In this document: piece after piece, positions 58,469 to 64,000 of the stretch
Layout: the number at the start of each line of letters is the position of its first letter
Numbering within the stretch: position 1 is the first letter of the stretch
Assembly: GCF_009914755.1 (NCBI RefSeq)
Contig: NC_060948.1
Strand: one strand, 5' to 3'
DNA: 64,000 nt
From: the human T2T-CHM13v2.0 reference genome, Homo sapiens
Made by a program: the position numbers and the translations under genes
The notes under the pieces: generated by a model
The model's input: only the letters and a program-made list of their open reading frames with translations
Told to the model about the DNA's origin: nothing
Database searches by the model: none

Positions 58469-58879
58469 TGTCAGGCCTCTGAGCCCAAGCTAAGCCATCA
58501 TATCCCTTGTGACCTACAAGTACACATCCAGATGGCTGGTTCCTGCCTTAACTGATGACATTCCACCACAAAAGAAGTGAAAATGGCCTGTTCCTGCCTT
58601 AACTGATGACATTGTCTTGTGAAATTCCTTCTCCTGGCTCATCCTGGCTCAAAAGCTCCCCTACTGAGCACCTTGTGACCCCCACTCTGCCTGCCAGAGA
58701 ACAACCCCCCTTTGACTGTAATTTTCCTTTACCTACTCAAATCCTATAAAACTGCCCCACTCCCATCTCCCTTCACTGACCCTTTTCAGACTCAGCCCAC
58801 CTGCATCCAGGTGAAATAAACAGCTTTATTGCTCACACAAAGCCTATTTGGTGGTCTCTTCACACGGAAGCGAATGAAA
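58469..58879 (+). promoter_or_regulatory. 3' LTR7 with intact AATAAA (58815-58820)
   Basis: Direct repeat of 53199-53610. Confidence 0.93.
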
Positions 58880-59551
58880 ATATTAATATAAAAACAGACA
58901 CATAGATTAATGGAAAAGAGTAGTAAACTCAGAAGTAAAACCACACACTTACAATTATCTGATCATCAACAAGGCCGACAAAACCAAGCAATGGGAAAAG
59001 CACTACCTATTCAATATATACTGCTGGGATAACTGGCTAGTTATAAATGCAGAAGAATGAAACTGTACTCTTGCCTTTCATCATCTACAAAAATTACTCC
59101 AAGATGAATTAATTAAATTTAAGATATCAGTCTATAAAAAACTTAGAAGAAAACCTAGGAAATATCCTCCTCAACACGGGCCTTGGCAAATAATTTTTGG
59201 CTGAGTTCTCAAAAGCAATTGCAAATATATGCCAAAAATTGGCAACTGGTACATAATTAAAATCTTCCACACAGCTAAAGAAACTATTAATAGAGTAAAC
59301 AGACTACCTACACAATGGGAGAAAATATTTGCAAACTACACATCTGAAAAGGTCTAATATCCAGAAACTACAAGGAACTTAAGCAATTCAATAGTTTAAA
59401 AAACAAATAAAAACATTAAAAAATGGGCATAATATAATCATAGACAAAAGACATACATGCAGTCAAAAATTACATATAAAAATACTAATCATTAGAGAAA
59501 TGTAAATCAAAACCACAATGAGATACCATCTTACACTGGTCAGAATGCCTG

Positions 59552-64000
<4,449 letters not shown>

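Larger units (their letters stand above)
53199..58879 (+). mobile_element. HERV-H provirus, common ~5.7-kb deleted non-autonomous form
   Basis: Two LTR7s, TSD atatt (53194-53198, 58880-58884), His-type PBS, PPT aagaagacaggaa, gag/pol relics. Confidence 0.97.
48452..59551 (+). mobile_element. 5'-intact old L1 (L1PA15-16/L1PB-like) with ~2.1-kb 5' UTR, split by HERV-H and cut by a younger L1
   Basis: 5' ccaagatggctgagtagaagcag; ORF1 relic from ~50625; ORF2 start atgacagaatcaaaatcttacatatcaatactaaccctgaatgtaaatggg at ~51685; resumes at 58885. Confidence 0.9.

Overview
Primate (most likely human) gene-poor, AT-rich genomic DNA made mostly of transposable-element relics. I find no credible host protein-coding gene, RNA gene, CRISPR array or novel biological system. 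The longer ORFs in the track are L1 ORF1/ORF2, THE1/HERV-H internal or Alu-derived, and the rest look like chance short ORFs. Main contents: a complete non-autonomous HERV-H provirus (53199-58879, two LTR7s, 5-bp TSD) inside an old 5'-intact L1; a four-level nest (L2 > Tigger1 > 5'-intact L1 > four LTR insertions) at about 30.5-43.5 kb, with TSDs readable at most levels; two full-length THE1 elements in opposite orientation; solo LTRs (LTR12, LTR2, MER50-like, MST, MLT1, MLT2); a MADE1 MITE; several Alus; and a young L1PA with a twin-priming-type inversion running off the right edge. Family names come from recalled consensus sequences, so subfamily labels and fuzzy boundaries need RepeatMasker/Dfam confirmation.
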